Below are positions 10,995 to 21,073 of a stretch of DNA of 64,000 nt, piece after piece. Numbering within the stretch: the stretch's first letter is position 1; every line of letters starts with the position of its first letter. Both the position numbers and the translations under genes were made by a program. Source of the DNA: Desulfosoma sp. (GTDB lineage: Bacteria; Desulfobacterota; Syntrophobacteria; Syntrophobacterales; DSM-9756); assembly GCA_037481835.1 (NCBI GenBank), contig JBBFKW010000003.1:1-64000 (forward strand), in the 5' to 3' direction. The notes beneath the pieces are model-generated. The model made no database searches. It saw only the letters and a program-made list of their open reading frames with translations, and had not been told where the DNA came from.

Positions 10995-11751
10995 TCTCAA
11001 CGCGCTGAACTCACGGGTCGCCCAAGCCATGCGGGATCTGGACCCGGAGCCGATCCGGGATCTGGTAAAGCGCTGCGCCGGGCCCGGTGTGCACTACATC
11101 GACATCAACCCAGGTTTCCTTTCGTCGCGTTACGAAGATCGCATGGCCTTTCTGGTCGAAACGGTGGAGGAAATGACCGATTGCGGCCTTATTCTGGACA
11201 GCCCGAACCCCAAAGTGCTCGCTCGGGGCCTGGCCGCCTGCCGCCGCACCCCGATCCTGAGCGCCCTGTCCCTCGAACCGCACAAGATCGACGGCATCCT
11301 GCCCTTGGCCGCCCAATACGGAACCCCCCTGGTCGTCCTGCTCATGGACGAGCGCTCCCGTGTTCCTCTAAGCATGGACGAACGGCTCGCCCTCGCCGTG
11401 CAACTCAGGGAAAGGGCCGTGGCGGCGGGACTGGACCCGTCGCAGCTCATCTTCGATCCCGTGCTGCCCAACCTGAGCTGGCCCGATGCGGCGCAGCACC
11501 TTCGCGAAGTGGTGGGGACCGTGCGCATGCTTTCGGGATGGTCGGTCTTCGGCGAACCGGCACGCACCATGGTGGGCTTGTCCAACCTGCGAAGCGGCTT
11601 GAGGAAGAAATACCCCTTTGAAGTGGAAGCCCGCTGTTTGGCTGTGCTTGCCGGGGCGGGTTTGGAAATGGTCCTGGCGGATGTCCTCCAGCCGGGCTTC
11701 ATGAGCTGTTATAGGTCTGTGGCGGAGCTTCTCTCCTCCGGGGAAGGTTGA
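10975..11751 (+). CDS. Pterin-binding methyltransferase (AcsE/MeTr-like, DHPS fold)
   Basis: ADNLN, YIDIN, ILDS, IFDP, GLSN motifs; GTG start overlapping the upstream gene. Confidence 0.75.
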   Translation: MKLAADNLNALNSRVAQAMRDLDPEPIRDLVKRCAGPGVHYIDINPGFLSSRYEDRMAFLVETVEEMTDCGLILDSPNPKVLARGLAACRRTPILSALSLEPHKIDGILPLAAQYGTPLVVLLMDERSRVPLSMDERLALAVQLRERAVAAGLDPSQLIFDPVLPNLSWPDAAQHLREVVGTVRMLSGWSVFGEPARTMVGLSNLRSGLRKKYPFEVEARCLAVLAGAGLEMVLADVLQPGFMSCYRSVAELLSSGEG

Positions 11752-12031
11752 CAACACAGAGGACCGGCAATGAACACCAATCCACGGGAACAAGGTTTCG
11801 GTCGCGTCCCCATGTGCTGGGAGAGGCAGCTTCGGTCGTGTTTCTCGTCGCCTCCGTCCCGGATTTTTGTAGAGAGAGGCCGTGAGAGGATTTGAAAAGG
11901 AGGCTGCAAAAGATCAAGAGTCTCGTGCCGCAGGTCAAAAGAAACACGGCGGGTCCGGAACGCTTTGAAAAATCGCCCCGTCGCCGCCGCGTCAAAAGTT
12001 CGTGAATGAAAGCCCTGTAAAGAGAACCGCC

Positions 12032-12226
12032 TCAGGCAGGCTTGACGACCATGCCGGATCGGATGCAGCGCGTACAGGCTCGAACCCGCCGGATCGTCCC
12101 GTCGGCATGCACATGGCGGACACGCTGCAGGTTGGGATACCAGACCTTTTTCGTCTTGTTGTTGGCGTGGCTCACGTTATGCCCCACATGAGGGGTCTTT
12201 CCGCAGAATTGGCACGTGCGACTCAT
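12032..12226 (-). CDS. rpmB: 50S ribosomal protein L28 (Zn-binding type)
   Basis: [10 protein letters not shown]...[18 protein letters not shown]...CTRCIRSG. Confidence 0.97.
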   Translation of the reverse strand: MSRTCQFCGKTPHVGHNVSHANNKTKKVWYPNLQRVRHVHADGTIRRVRACTRCIRSGMVVKPA

Positions 12227-12546
12227 GGTGCGGTCCTTTCTTCCCGTAACGGCGTTATCTTCTCGATATCTAAGCGTTTTCTCTTTCCGCTGGACTTTTC
12301 CGTAACGAGTGGACTCTGTTAGCACAAGCCTTTTCGGAGGGCAAGGCTTTTTTGGCCCCGATCCGTGTTCTCTGAAAGGGCGGGGTCTAACGGCATCCCT
12401 TCGGCTTCGGGAAGCCTCTATGGGCCGAAGGATGGGACCTTCACCCCGCGTTTTCGCTTTGGCTTCGGAATATGCTATAAAAGGTAAAATGACGGGAAAG
12501 CCCCCTTGGGGCTTTGGACAGTGCGTGGTCACGGTAGAGGTGATGT

Positions 12547-13689
12547 GTGAGTGAAGAGGTTGTCACCAAACCCATTCGAGTGCTTGTGGTTTTCGGGGAT
12601 TCGCAGCTTCGGCGAACCGTCAAGGCGACCCTCCGGCAGTTGGGATACGAGCGCGTCCATGCCGTGGAAAACGGCGCGGAAGCCCTGCAATGGATGGAAT
12701 CCGGGGAACGGGTGGATGTGGTGGTGACGAGCCTGCACATGACCCGGATGGACGGCTTTGAACTCTTGGAGCGCCTTCGTTCCCAACCCGCCACGAAACA
12801 GGTGCCGGTCATCCTCGTGGCCGGAAAAGCCACGGAACAGTTGGTCGCCCAGGCCATCGAAACGGACGCCGACGGCTATCTGCTCATGCCCTTCACCCCC
12901 GCCGATTTGGACCGTCGCATCGAAGAACTCATGGAGCTTCGCACCAAGCCGAGTCTCTATCAGCAGCTTCTCCTTTCGGGGCAGGCCACTTTGGAGACGG
13001 CGCCCCAGGAATCACTCATGTGGTTTCGGGAGGCTGTCAACGAAAATCCGTCCAACCCCATCGGCCATTACTGGCTGGGGCTCGCCTTGGAAAAAGTGGG
13101 TTCCGTGGAAGAAGCGGAGCAGGCCTATGAGCGGGCGGTGGAGTTGAACCCACTCCATGTGAAGTCCATGGACCGCCTCAGGGAATTGTATCGAAAGAGC
13201 GGCCGCACGGAGGCTCTTTACGAAATCCTGAGCCGCCTTTACAGCGCTCGGCCCAACCGCCGGGACATAGCCCTGGAATTGGGCCCTTTGGCCATGGAGC
13301 GGGGTGATGTGGACAAGGGGACGAGGTGTTTCGAATTCGTTGTGGGGACCGTGCGGCACAATCCCAAGGCTCTGGCGGCCGTGCTGGCCCGCTTCGCCCG
13401 ATTTGCGCCGCTTCGAGACGACGTGGGGAAGATGGCCGCCGGGGCTTTTGCCGAAGCCGTGGAAAAGGACCCCGAGACGGCCTATGTTCTTGCCCGGATT
13501 CTGCTCGCCTGCGGTTATGCGCCCCAAGCCCGGGACGGCTTGGTGAAGCTCCTGCGGCGGTCCAAGGAATTCCCGGCACCCTTTGTTGTCAACGTCCACC
13601 TGCTGCTGGCTCAGATCTATGAAAAGGTCGGCATCGATCGTCTGGCCCGGGAACACCGAGAAACGGCCAAGCTCATCCAGAGGTCCTGA
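12547..13689 (+). CDS. Receiver-like domain + TPR protein
   Basis: CheY-like N-terminus ([21 protein letters not shown]) followed by TPR helices (GHYWLGLAL...YERAVELNP). Confidence 0.8.
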   Translation: MSEEVVTKPIRVLVVFGDSQLRRTVKATLRQLGYERVHAVENGAEALQWMESGERVDVVVTSLHMTRMDGFELLERLRSQPATKQVPVILVAGKATEQLVAQAIETDADGYLLMPFTPADLDRRIEELMELRTKPSLYQQLLLSGQATLETAPQESLMWFREAVNENPSNPIGHYWLGLALEKVGSVEEAEQAYERAVELNPLHVKSMDRLRELYRKSGRTEALYEILSRLYSARPNRRDIALELGPLAMERGDVDKGTRCFEFVVGTVRHNPKALAAVLARFARFAPLRDDVGKMAAGAFAEAVEKDPETAYVLARILLACGYAPQARDGLVKLLRRSKEFPAPFVVNVHLLLAQIYEKVGIDRLAREHRETAKLIQRS

Positions 13690-13715
13690 TCCCTCGGGAC
13701 GGCGGCACGGCCGCC

Positions 13716-14750
13716 TTACCGATTGCAGGCATGGCAGCACAGGGTGATGCGGCCGTTGCCGTCCCGGCAATAAATTGTTCGCAGGGTGGCGCCGCACAGC
13801 TCGCACACCAAGGGGTCGAAGGCCCGCGTCACCGGATTCCACAAGACACTGATCCCCCGCTGCAGTTTCCGGTACTGGAGGGTCAGCATGACCTGGACCA
13901 CGCCCACGAGGAGGCGCACCGCCCCCGCCGGCCGCACAGTCAGCCGTATGCTGTATTTCTGCCTCAGGTCTTCGATCTTGCGGGCCGCTTCATCGGGAAG
14001 CGCTTGGATTTTGGCGGCTCTTTCCGCCTTCTGGCTTTCTCCCAGCGTGGGGTGTTGGAGCCCCGCGATCATTTCCTTTTCCAGAGCCCGGTAATACTCG
14101 CGGGTGTTGCGCACGTCCCGATGGAGCCTTCGGGTCATGCTGTGGATAAACTCGGCCAAATCCTCCCGGGCGAGTTCTTGAGCTCGGGACAAGGCGGCTT
14201 GGGCGGCCTTGGAGACATCGGTTGGGAAGTGGGGCGGCACGTCCCCGGGTTGGAAGAAAGCGGGCTGAAACCACATCCAGTTTTCCAAAAACCCTTCGAG
14301 GACGGCTCCCGATTTTTCCTGTACGGCAACTCCCACTTGGCCTTCCTTGCGCTCGTCGCTCAGAGCCGTGTAATGAACAAAAACCACCATGTAGGTCGAA
14401 CGGCTGTCCGCCGTTTGGCCCAGGCTCAGCCGGGCGTTAGGAAAGGAAAAATCCCGGGCGAGGATCTGTTCGAACCCGGCTTTTTTCAGATAGCCGGGAT
14501 CGATGGCTCCGTAGACGACGGGCGGTGCGGCCGTGGCCTTGCGGATCATGCGGTCCAGAACGGGGCTTCCCAGTTGCAAGGGGATGTGTCCTTCCCCGAG
14601 GATGGTTTCTTCCGGGAGTTCCAGTTCTTCGGCGAGATCCGAAGGGAGAAGCACCTTCAAGGCGTTGCCTTCGCGTTCGGCGACGCCGCCGGCACCGTGG
14701 AAAAACCGTTGAGCAAACTCGAGGACACGTTCCAGGCCGTCCATGATCAC
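13716..14750 (-). CDS. YqhG-like partner of SNF2 helicase, C-terminal Cys cluster
   Basis: Overlaps the helicase stop; coiled-coil region; C-terminal CELC...C...CCHAC. Confidence 0.6.
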   Translation of the reverse strand: MIMDGLERVLEFAQRFFHGAGGVAEREGNALKVLLPSDLAEELELPEETILGEGHIPLQLGSPVLDRMIRKATAAPPVVYGAIDPGYLKKAGFEQILARDFSFPNARLSLGQTADSRSTYMVVFVHYTALSDERKEGQVGVAVQEKSGAVLEGFLENWMWFQPAFFQPGDVPPHFPTDVSKAAQAALSRAQELAREDLAEFIHSMTRRLHRDVRNTREYYRALEKEMIAGLQHPTLGESQKAERAAKIQALPDEAARKIEDLRQKYSIRLTVRPAGAVRLLVGVVQVMLTLQYRKLQRGISVLWNPVTRAFDPLVCELCGATLRTIYCRDGNGRITLCCHACNR

Positions 14751-17083
14751 ATCCCGAAGTCGTCTTGAAAGAGGGTTTCGTCCAGGGCCTTGGTTTTTTC
14801 GTAGGCTGTGCGGGCCCTCTTGATTTGGGACGCCAAGGACTCAAAGGCTTTGTTCCGAGCCTCCTCGTCCGCATGGCTCACCCAGAGCTCGTAAACCAGT
14901 TCGGCGAATTCTTTTTCGCCCTGGAGGCGCCCAAGGATCATGTCGATTTCCCCGACGACCAGTTCGAACATGTTGATCTTGCGGTCCAGAACGTCCAGGA
15001 TGCGGTCTTCGATACTCCCGGAGGCGCAGAAGTTGTAGATCTGGACGGGGTGTTGCTGGCCGATGCGGTGGATTCGGCCGATGCGCTGTTCGATTTCCAT
15101 GGGGTTCCACGGCAAGTCGTAGTTGATCATGGCGTGACAGAACTGGAGGTTGTGACCTTCCCCGCCCGTGCCGGTGCTCAGGAGCACTCGCCGTCCGTTT
15201 CGGAAGGCGTCCACGGCCTGCCTTTTCTGCTCGTTGTTCATGCCCCCTTGAAAGAGCACGTGGTCCACGTGGTGCTTTTCGAACAGCTCATGCAAGGTGA
15301 GCAGGGTGGCCCGGTGGTTCACGAAAAGAATGAGGGGATCTTTGGATGCCCGCACGAGGTCCAAAACCCTGTTCGCCTTGGCGCTCTCGGTCAAGGACCG
15401 GGCTTCTTCGGCCAGTTCTCGGGCACTCCGACCGAAGCCGTTTCCCTGGTGAGCCAGGTTTTCCAGGAGGCCGGCGGCTGCGGGAGGCGAGGAGCCCACG
15501 GCTTCCAAGACCTTGCGCAGCTGTTGCTTGACAAGGGCGCTGGGGGCTTTCGCCGTCTGTTCGCGAACGAAAGCGTTCACCGCATCGTAAAAGGCCGCCT
15601 CCCTCGGAGCGGGATCGACCCGGATGGTCATGGCGAAACGGGGCGGGAGCTGGACATGGGCGACCGAGCGGGTGTTTCGCACCATCACTTCCCGAAGGAG
15701 AGACCGAAGTTTTTCCCGGTTGATGGGGTCGGAAGGGTTTCCGCGGGCGACGAACTGTTCCTTGAAGGCTTTGCGCGTTTGCAGGTGCCCGGGTTTGAGC
15801 AGGGTGACCAGGTTGTAGAGTTCTTCCAGGTTGTTTTGGACGGGGGTGGCCGTGAGCAGCAAAAGAAAGTTCTTTTTCAGGGTATTGACCAGTTTCCAGT
15901 TGACGGTCGTATGGTTCTTCAGGTGATGAGCTTCGTCCACGATGACCATGTCGTAAAAGCGGCTGGTGACGGCATCGAAATGGCGTTTGGTGCGCGCCGT
16001 CTGCAGGGACGCCAAAACAAGGGGGGAGCGCCAGAACCGGTCCGGGTCCTGCTTGAAGAGTTCATCGTTGGTGGAGACGAAATCCAAGCCGAATTTGTGC
16101 TGAAGTTCCGCCTGCCATTGATTCACCAGGGCGCTGGGCACGAGGATCAACGCCTCCTTGACCAGCCCGCGCACCATGTATTCCTTGAGGACCAAGCAGG
16201 CTTCGATGGTCTTGCCCAAGCCCACCTCGTCGGCCAAAATGGCGCGGCCTCGAAAATGCTTCATCACCTTGCGGGCCGTTTCCTGCTGGTACCAGAAGGA
16301 TTCCACGCCGGCCAGGGAATTCAGGCACAGGAGCTCGTCGTAGGTGGCCTGAAAGGAGACCTGGTACGCTTCCAGGGCCACGTCCAGGACTTCCTTGGGC
16401 ACTGCCGTACCCGCGGCCACAACGCGCAGGATGGGCCCAGGGTCCGCTTCCGCAAGAAGGGAAAGTTGGGGGAGGTCTTCCGGAGGTTCGGCTTCCACGG
16501 CCGAGGCCGCCTGGGTGGGAGGGGCGGATTCCGGCACGGCATTGTGGGAACTGGGCGCTTCTTCGCGCGTTGTGGATTTCAGCGGTTCTTCGGCCTTTTT
16601 TTTCTCAATGAGCGTCGAGACGGTGCTGCTCTTGAGTCTTGCGATAAGGTCGCGATCGCGTTTCGTGAGCCGACCGGCATACGCCGACCCGTTGTGTTCC
16701 AGCTCATCAAGGACCGATTTCATGAGGGCCCTGTTGACATATTCATAGGACAACCGGGCCAGTTCCAAGAGATCTTCTTTGTTTCTCAGAAGGCCGTTTT
16801 CAAACCCGTATCGAAGGGCTTCGTACAGATAGACACGCGCCTTGGTGAATCGTGCCGATGCATGAAGCATCAAGAAAAGGATATGGTTCGGGGGCAGGGA
16901 CCTTCTCATTCTATCGGCGACTTTCCATGCCCGTTCGTATTGTCCCTGCATCATGTCGTTGTCGAACTCGACCTGTAGATCCCTCATGCGCGCCGCGGCG
17001 GCTTCCCGTTGTAAGGCTGCGCGGCGTTTCGCCTCTTTTTCCTTGCGTTTCCTTTTCCTTTTGAGGTCCTTGTCCACAGCCAT
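14747..17083 (-). CDS. SNF2-family (YqhH-like) helicase with N-terminal extension
   Basis: ILADEVGLGKT, DEAH, LTATP, GGEGHNLQ, DLPWNP, EQRIGRIHRIGQ; start uncertain (17083 or 17185). Confidence 0.9.
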   Translation of the reverse strand: MAVDKDLKRKRKRKEKEAKRRAALQREAAAARMRDLQVEFDNDMMQGQYERAWKVADRMRRSLPPNHILFLMLHASARFTKARVYLYEALRYGFENGLLRNKEDLLELARLSYEYVNRALMKSVLDELEHNGSAYAGRLTKRDRDLIARLKSSTVSTLIEKKKAEEPLKSTTREEAPSSHNAVPESAPPTQAASAVEAEPPEDLPQLSLLAEADPGPILRVVAAGTAVPKEVLDVALEAYQVSFQATYDELLCLNSLAGVESFWYQQETARKVMKHFRGRAILADEVGLGKTIEACLVLKEYMVRGLVKEALILVPSALVNQWQAELQHKFGLDFVSTNDELFKQDPDRFWRSPLVLASLQTARTKRHFDAVTSRFYDMVIVDEAHHLKNHTTVNWKLVNTLKKNFLLLLTATPVQNNLEELYNLVTLLKPGHLQTRKAFKEQFVARGNPSDPINREKLRSLLREVMVRNTRSVAHVQLPPRFAMTIRVDPAPREAAFYDAVNAFVREQTAKAPSALVKQQLRKVLEAVGSSPPAAAGLLENLAHQGNGFGRSARELAEEARSLTESAKANRVLDLVRASKDPLILFVNHRATLLTLHELFEKHHVDHVLFQGGMNNEQKRQAVDAFRNGRRVLLSTGTGGEGHNLQFCHAMINYDLPWNPMEIEQRIGRIHRIGQQHPVQIYNFCASGSIEDRILDVLDRKINMFELVVGEIDMILGRLQGEKEFAELVYELWVSHADEEARNKAFESLASQIKRARTAYEKTKALDETLFQDDFGM

Positions 17084-17224
17084 GATGGAATCCTCTGGGT
17101 TCGGTCGCCTCGGTCCCGGCCGATCTGATGCGGTGGCGCGGTTCCCGTCCCCGGCGGGGTCGGGTCCGGCCGCACAATAAAGCATGTCCCATCCGGTCGG
17201 GCAAGGGAGTTTGGAGGCAGGATT

Positions 17225-19135
17225 TTACAAGCGGCGAAGCCGATCTTTCAGCGCACGGCGCCTCTCGGAGCTCAGGTCTTGATCCCTGTAGACGGCTTGA
17301 TAAAAATCCCGGGAAAAACTTAGGGCCCGTTCCCGAAGGGCGGCGTCCTGGAGGGCTCGAGCCGATTCTTCCACCCCTTGCCAGTCCTTCAGTTCGTAGC
17401 CGTACCGTTTGAGTCGCCGGGCGTAGGCCGTGCGAAGGTCTCGGGCCGGGTCTTGTTTTACTCGGCGCCGCACGGCAAAGCATAAGCCTACGAAGGCCGC
17501 CGCGCCCGTCATGATTAGAACCGCCGTGCCCATTGCCTCCTTGGATGGGCCTTTGGGCTTTCGAGATAAGGAGGACGCCAAGGCGTGCGCCCGTCGGACC
17601 AGGGCCCGCTGGGTTTCCATGTCGTAGTCCACGACGATGCGGAACCACCAATAGTTGATCGTATCCATGAGAACTCGCCATCGGGCGAGAAGAGACCGGG
17701 TGTAAAGCTCAGCTGGCGTGACGGCTGCAAGCGGCGTGGGATCCAGGCGCACCCACCCCGTTGCTTCCAGGTACACTTCCGCCCACACATGGGCGTGCTT
17801 TTGCAAGACGAGATAGTATCCTCCCGCCTGGTTGTAATAGCCTCCCCGGTATCCCCCCACAAGTCGGGCGGGAATTCCGCAAAAGCGCGCCAAGACGGCC
17901 AGGGCCGAGGCGAAATACTCACAGTTTCCCCTCCGGTTTTGAAGCAGAAAGTCTTCCAGATCGCTCGGCAGATTTTCCAGGGCATACTGAAACCGCGGAG
18001 GCTGTAGGAACTCTAAGATGGCGCGAATTCGTTCCCCAGGGGAAGGGATACCTTTCCAGGGTCGAGCCAGTTCCGAGATGCGAGGCGACAGAGCAGGCGG
18101 TAGATGGAGCAGGTCCGGGTCCGGGGGATCCTCTTCCACGAAGGGCGTAGGCGGCCGGGACCAGACTTCGTAGCGCGTTTTCTTGAAAATGGGTGAAAAA
18201 ACCCGAAACGTCCCGTCCTCGGTTCCCCGCACCGGGATCCGTTCGATGGAAACGGGCCGATCCAAACCGAACAAGACATCCATGCCGAAGGGTTCCATGA
18301 AGATGACCTGGTGCACATCGCCGGTCTTCACAGATTTAGATGGATTGAAACCGAATCGGTGGGAAGGGCTCCATGCGGTGCCGTCGAAACGGTCCAGCAC
18401 GAGGCCCCGCCAGTAGAGATCCTTTTCGGGCAGCGGGGCCGTTTGAGCGCGGAAGACCGCGGCGGCGTCTTCCTGGATGGCCGTGACCTCACCGAGACGC
18501 ACGGTTTCCGAAAAGCCCGTCCGCCCGGCTCCGGCTTTTCCGAACGCCGTAAGGAGATTGAGCAGAGGGAAGTTCGTTCTCGGAAGGATGACAAAAAGGA
18601 TCAAAGCCACGGGAACCGTCAGCCCTCCCATGGCCGCGGCCGTGAAAGCCAGTTGGGTAAAAGCTCGGCGGGGAAGTTGCCCTTCGGGCTCGGCGGCCTC
18701 CACGGTGAGCAGCAGTAGGGACAGGGTCAGGAAAAAGGCCAGGGGGATGAGGTAGAAGAGAAAGGAAATGCTGAGCGAAAGGAGGCCGAACCCGAGGAGC
18801 AAGAAGAGGCACAGGAGAAAGATCTGTAGGTAATCGCGGCCCAAGCGGGCTTCCAGGAGTTTCACGCCGAGAAGCACAAGGACGCCGTCCACCAGCGGTT
18901 CCACGAGAAGATCGGGGCGGATGCGGGAAAGGGAGAGGATCATGACGGCCACGGCAAGGCCGTTGAGAAGATTTCGGGAAAGAGGAAAGGGCCGCAGGAA
19001 GTGGCGGAGCGCCGACAAAGCGGCCAGGCCGAGAAAGGTAGCGTGGGCGCCCGGGTGAACAAAGGAAAAGACGGCCCCGTAGCTCAACGCGGCGGAAAGA
19101 TAGGTCACCGATAAAAGAGCGGTTCTAGTCTTCAC
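17225..19135 (-). CDS. DUF3488/transglutaminase membrane protein (TgpA-like)
   Basis: N-terminal TM helices, LYWRG, catalytic GNCEYFAS / HAHVWAE / DPTP. Confidence 0.88.
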   Translation of the reverse strand: MKTRTALLSVTYLSAALSYGAVFSFVHPGAHATFLGLAALSALRHFLRPFPLSRNLLNGLAVAVMILSLSRIRPDLLVEPLVDGVLVLLGVKLLEARLGRDYLQIFLLCLFLLLGFGLLSLSISFLFYLIPLAFFLTLSLLLLTVEAAEPEGQLPRRAFTQLAFTAAAMGGLTVPVALILFVILPRTNFPLLNLLTAFGKAGAGRTGFSETVRLGEVTAIQEDAAAVFRAQTAPLPEKDLYWRGLVLDRFDGTAWSPSHRFGFNPSKSVKTGDVHQVIFMEPFGMDVLFGLDRPVSIERIPVRGTEDGTFRVFSPIFKKTRYEVWSRPPTPFVEEDPPDPDLLHLPPALSPRISELARPWKGIPSPGERIRAILEFLQPPRFQYALENLPSDLEDFLLQNRRGNCEYFASALAVLARFCGIPARLVGGYRGGYYNQAGGYYLVLQKHAHVWAEVYLEATGWVRLDPTPLAAVTPAELYTRSLLARWRVLMDTINYWWFRIVVDYDMETQRALVRRAHALASSLSRKPKGPSKEAMGTAVLIMTGAAAFVGLCFAVRRRVKQDPARDLRTAYARRLKRYGYELKDWQGVEESARALQDAALRERALSFSRDFYQAVYRDQDLSSERRRALKDRLRRL

Positions 19136-20003
19136 CGTAGAGGGCCAAAACCTTCAGGAGTTTTCTTTTGTGATGGAGCGAAGCCGCCGGTTCGTAGCGC
19201 TGAGCGCCGGCCACCAGGCCAACGGCCGTTCCACGCCGGACCGCCGCGTTGATGACGAAAGCCGCGCAGGAAAGGGCTTTTTCCACACCCAGGCCCCGCA
19301 GCTGATCCAGATCCACCATGACGCTGTCCCGGGCCGCCGTTGAAAATTCCTTGGTGAGCCATCGTCCCGTTCGGGCCGAAGACTTCCAGTGGATCTTCTT
19401 GAGCGGGTCGCCCGCCTGGTATTCCCGGATGCTGCGCAAATCATGATCTTCCAACCCGCGATGTTCGGATGCGGTCTCTTCGCCTTTCGTCGGCCGGTGG
19501 GTAGGGGGAGGAGGCAAGGTGCAGGGTGTGGGTTTGGGGAAAACAAGCACCGGCGGGATGGGATCCGCCGGTCGGATTCGAATGAAGAAGCCGAACGGGA
19601 AGGGCGAGGCTACCCAGACCGGGATGGGGGGGCTGAGGCCCCTTCGGGCGAAACGGATGGGGATCGTACGGGTGGCTTCCCCTGACCGGTCCACATAGGC
19701 AAAGGAGACCTCATCATCCGGCCCCACGTGCACCGAAATGAGAAACACGGGAAGAAACCGCCGGCGGTTGCGCACATGCACAACCACGGGGGCCGGGCTT
19801 TCGGCGTAGATTTCATCGGGAAGAGCGATTCGAACCTGCACGGCTTCCAGATTGGCCTTTCCCGCGATTCCGGAAATGAGCATGAAGCCCAGCAGAACGG
19901 ACGTGATGACGTAAACGAGGTTGTTGGCCGTGTTCACGGCGGCGAAACCCACCGCCACGGTCAGCACCACGTAAATCCAGCCGGCCGCCGTGATATGAAT
20001 CAC
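19125..20003 (-). CDS. DUF58 domain protein
   Basis: NNLVY TM segment, PFGFF, REYQAGD...IHWKSSAR. Confidence 0.88.
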   Translation of the reverse strand: MIHITAAGWIYVVLTVAVGFAAVNTANNLVYVITSVLLGFMLISGIAGKANLEAVQVRIALPDEIYAESPAPVVVHVRNRRRFLPVFLISVHVGPDDEVSFAYVDRSGEATRTIPIRFARRGLSPPIPVWVASPFPFGFFIRIRPADPIPPVLVFPKPTPCTLPPPPTHRPTKGEETASEHRGLEDHDLRSIREYQAGDPLKKIHWKSSARTGRWLTKEFSTAARDSVMVDLDQLRGLGVEKALSCAAFVINAAVRRGTAVGLVAGAQRYEPAASLHHKRKLLKVLALYGED

Positions 20004-20932
20004 GCGGGAACGGGAACCTTTTCCAGCATCGATCGGACGATCTCCTTCTTGTCCGCTGAAGCGTATTCGTCCCGGAAGAAGACCCGGTGCGGGATGACGT
20101 AGGGGGCCACCGCCTTGACGTCTTCCGGGATCACGTAATCGCGCCCTTCCATGAAGGCGTGGGCTCGAGACGTGTGAAGCAGGGCCAGGGACCCCCGGGT
20201 GGAAAGCCCGGCCGTCAAGTATTCCGAGCGGCGCGTTTCTTCGATGAGCCGCATGATGTAGTCCAGAATGGGTTCCGAGGTGATGACGCGTTCCCGAATG
20301 AAACTTTGAATTTTGAGCACCGTATCCTGGTCCACCACGGGGTCAAGGTTGTAGAGTTCGCGGCGTTTGCTGCCGCCGCGCAAGATTTCCAGTTCCGCTT
20401 CCCGACTGGGATAGCCGATCCGGATCCGCATCATGAACCGGTCCATCTGAGATTCGGGAAGGGGAAAGGTGCCGAACTGTTCCGCCGGGTTTTGTGTGGC
20501 GATGACGAAGAAGGGTTTGGGAAGGTCCATGGTGCGCCCTTCCAGGGTGACCTGCTTTTCCCCCATGGCCTCCAGCAGGGCGCTTTGGGTCTTGGGGGTC
20601 GCCCGGTTGATTTCATCAACCAAGATGATGTTATGGAAAATGGGGCCTGGATGAAATTCGAAGACGCCGGAACTCTTGTTGAAGATGGACAATCCCGTGA
20701 TGTCCGTGGGCAAGAGGTCGCTCGTGCATTGGATGCGCCCGAAGGAGAGGCCGAGGACCTTGGCGAGCCCGATGGCCAGGGTGGTTTTGCCCAACCCGGG
20801 TAGGTCTTCGATGAGGAGATGGCCGCGCGAGAAAAAGCAGATAAAAGCGAGGCGCAAGGGTTTTTCCTTGCCGTGCAGGTAGCGGCCCAGGGTACGGGTC
20901 GCCTGGGCGATGGCCGCGTGGGCCCGTTCCAT
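20000..20932 (-). CDS. MoxR family AAA+ ATPase
   Basis: HLLIEDLPGLGKT, RIQCTSDLLP, DEINRA, ATQNP, QMDRF; start moved to ATG 20932 because the 21037 GTG lies inside a REP. Confidence 0.9.
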   Translation of the reverse strand: MERAHAAIAQATRTLGRYLHGKEKPLRLAFICFFSRGHLLIEDLPGLGKTTLAIGLAKVLGLSFGRIQCTSDLLPTDITGLSIFNKSSGVFEFHPGPIFHNIILVDEINRATPKTQSALLEAMGEKQVTLEGRTMDLPKPFFVIATQNPAEQFGTFPLPESQMDRFMMRIRIGYPSREAELEILRGGSKRRELYNLDPVVDQDTVLKIQSFIRERVITSEPILDYIMRLIEETRRSEYLTAGLSTRGSLALLHTSRAHAFMEGRDYVIPEDVKAVAPYVIPHRVFFRDEYASADKKEIVRSMLEKVPVPA

Positions 20933-21013
20933 GTCCTCATGGGGGAAAAGGGCCTGGCCGGGGGTGGCGTCCAAGGCAGAGTCAGCGACCTTGTGCACGG
21001 TTTTCCTTGGGGT

Positions 21014-21051
21014 GGTGTTGGGGGTCGCTTCGCTCACCCCAACCTACGGGT
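21014..21051 (-). repeat. GTAG-family REP element, copy 1
   Basis: Minus strand GTAGGTTGGGGTGAGCGAAGCGACCCCCAACACC; 37/38 identical to 37082-37119. Confidence 0.8.
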
Positions 21052-21073
21052 GGCGTTGGTTGGGACGGCGGCG

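Noticed and set aside
11770..11895. 41-codon plus-strand ORF after the methyltransferase
   Set aside because: No recognisable motif or other support for coding.
14765..16978. 737-aa plus-strand ORF and similar long antisense ORFs (e.g. 7876-9507, 20819-22180, 47025-48815)
   Set aside because: They lie opposite well-supported genes, have no motifs, and are expected from GC-rich codon bias.
20933..21037. N-terminal extension of MoxR from GTG 21037
   Set aside because: That start codon lies inside a REP element and the extension shows no MoxR similarity.
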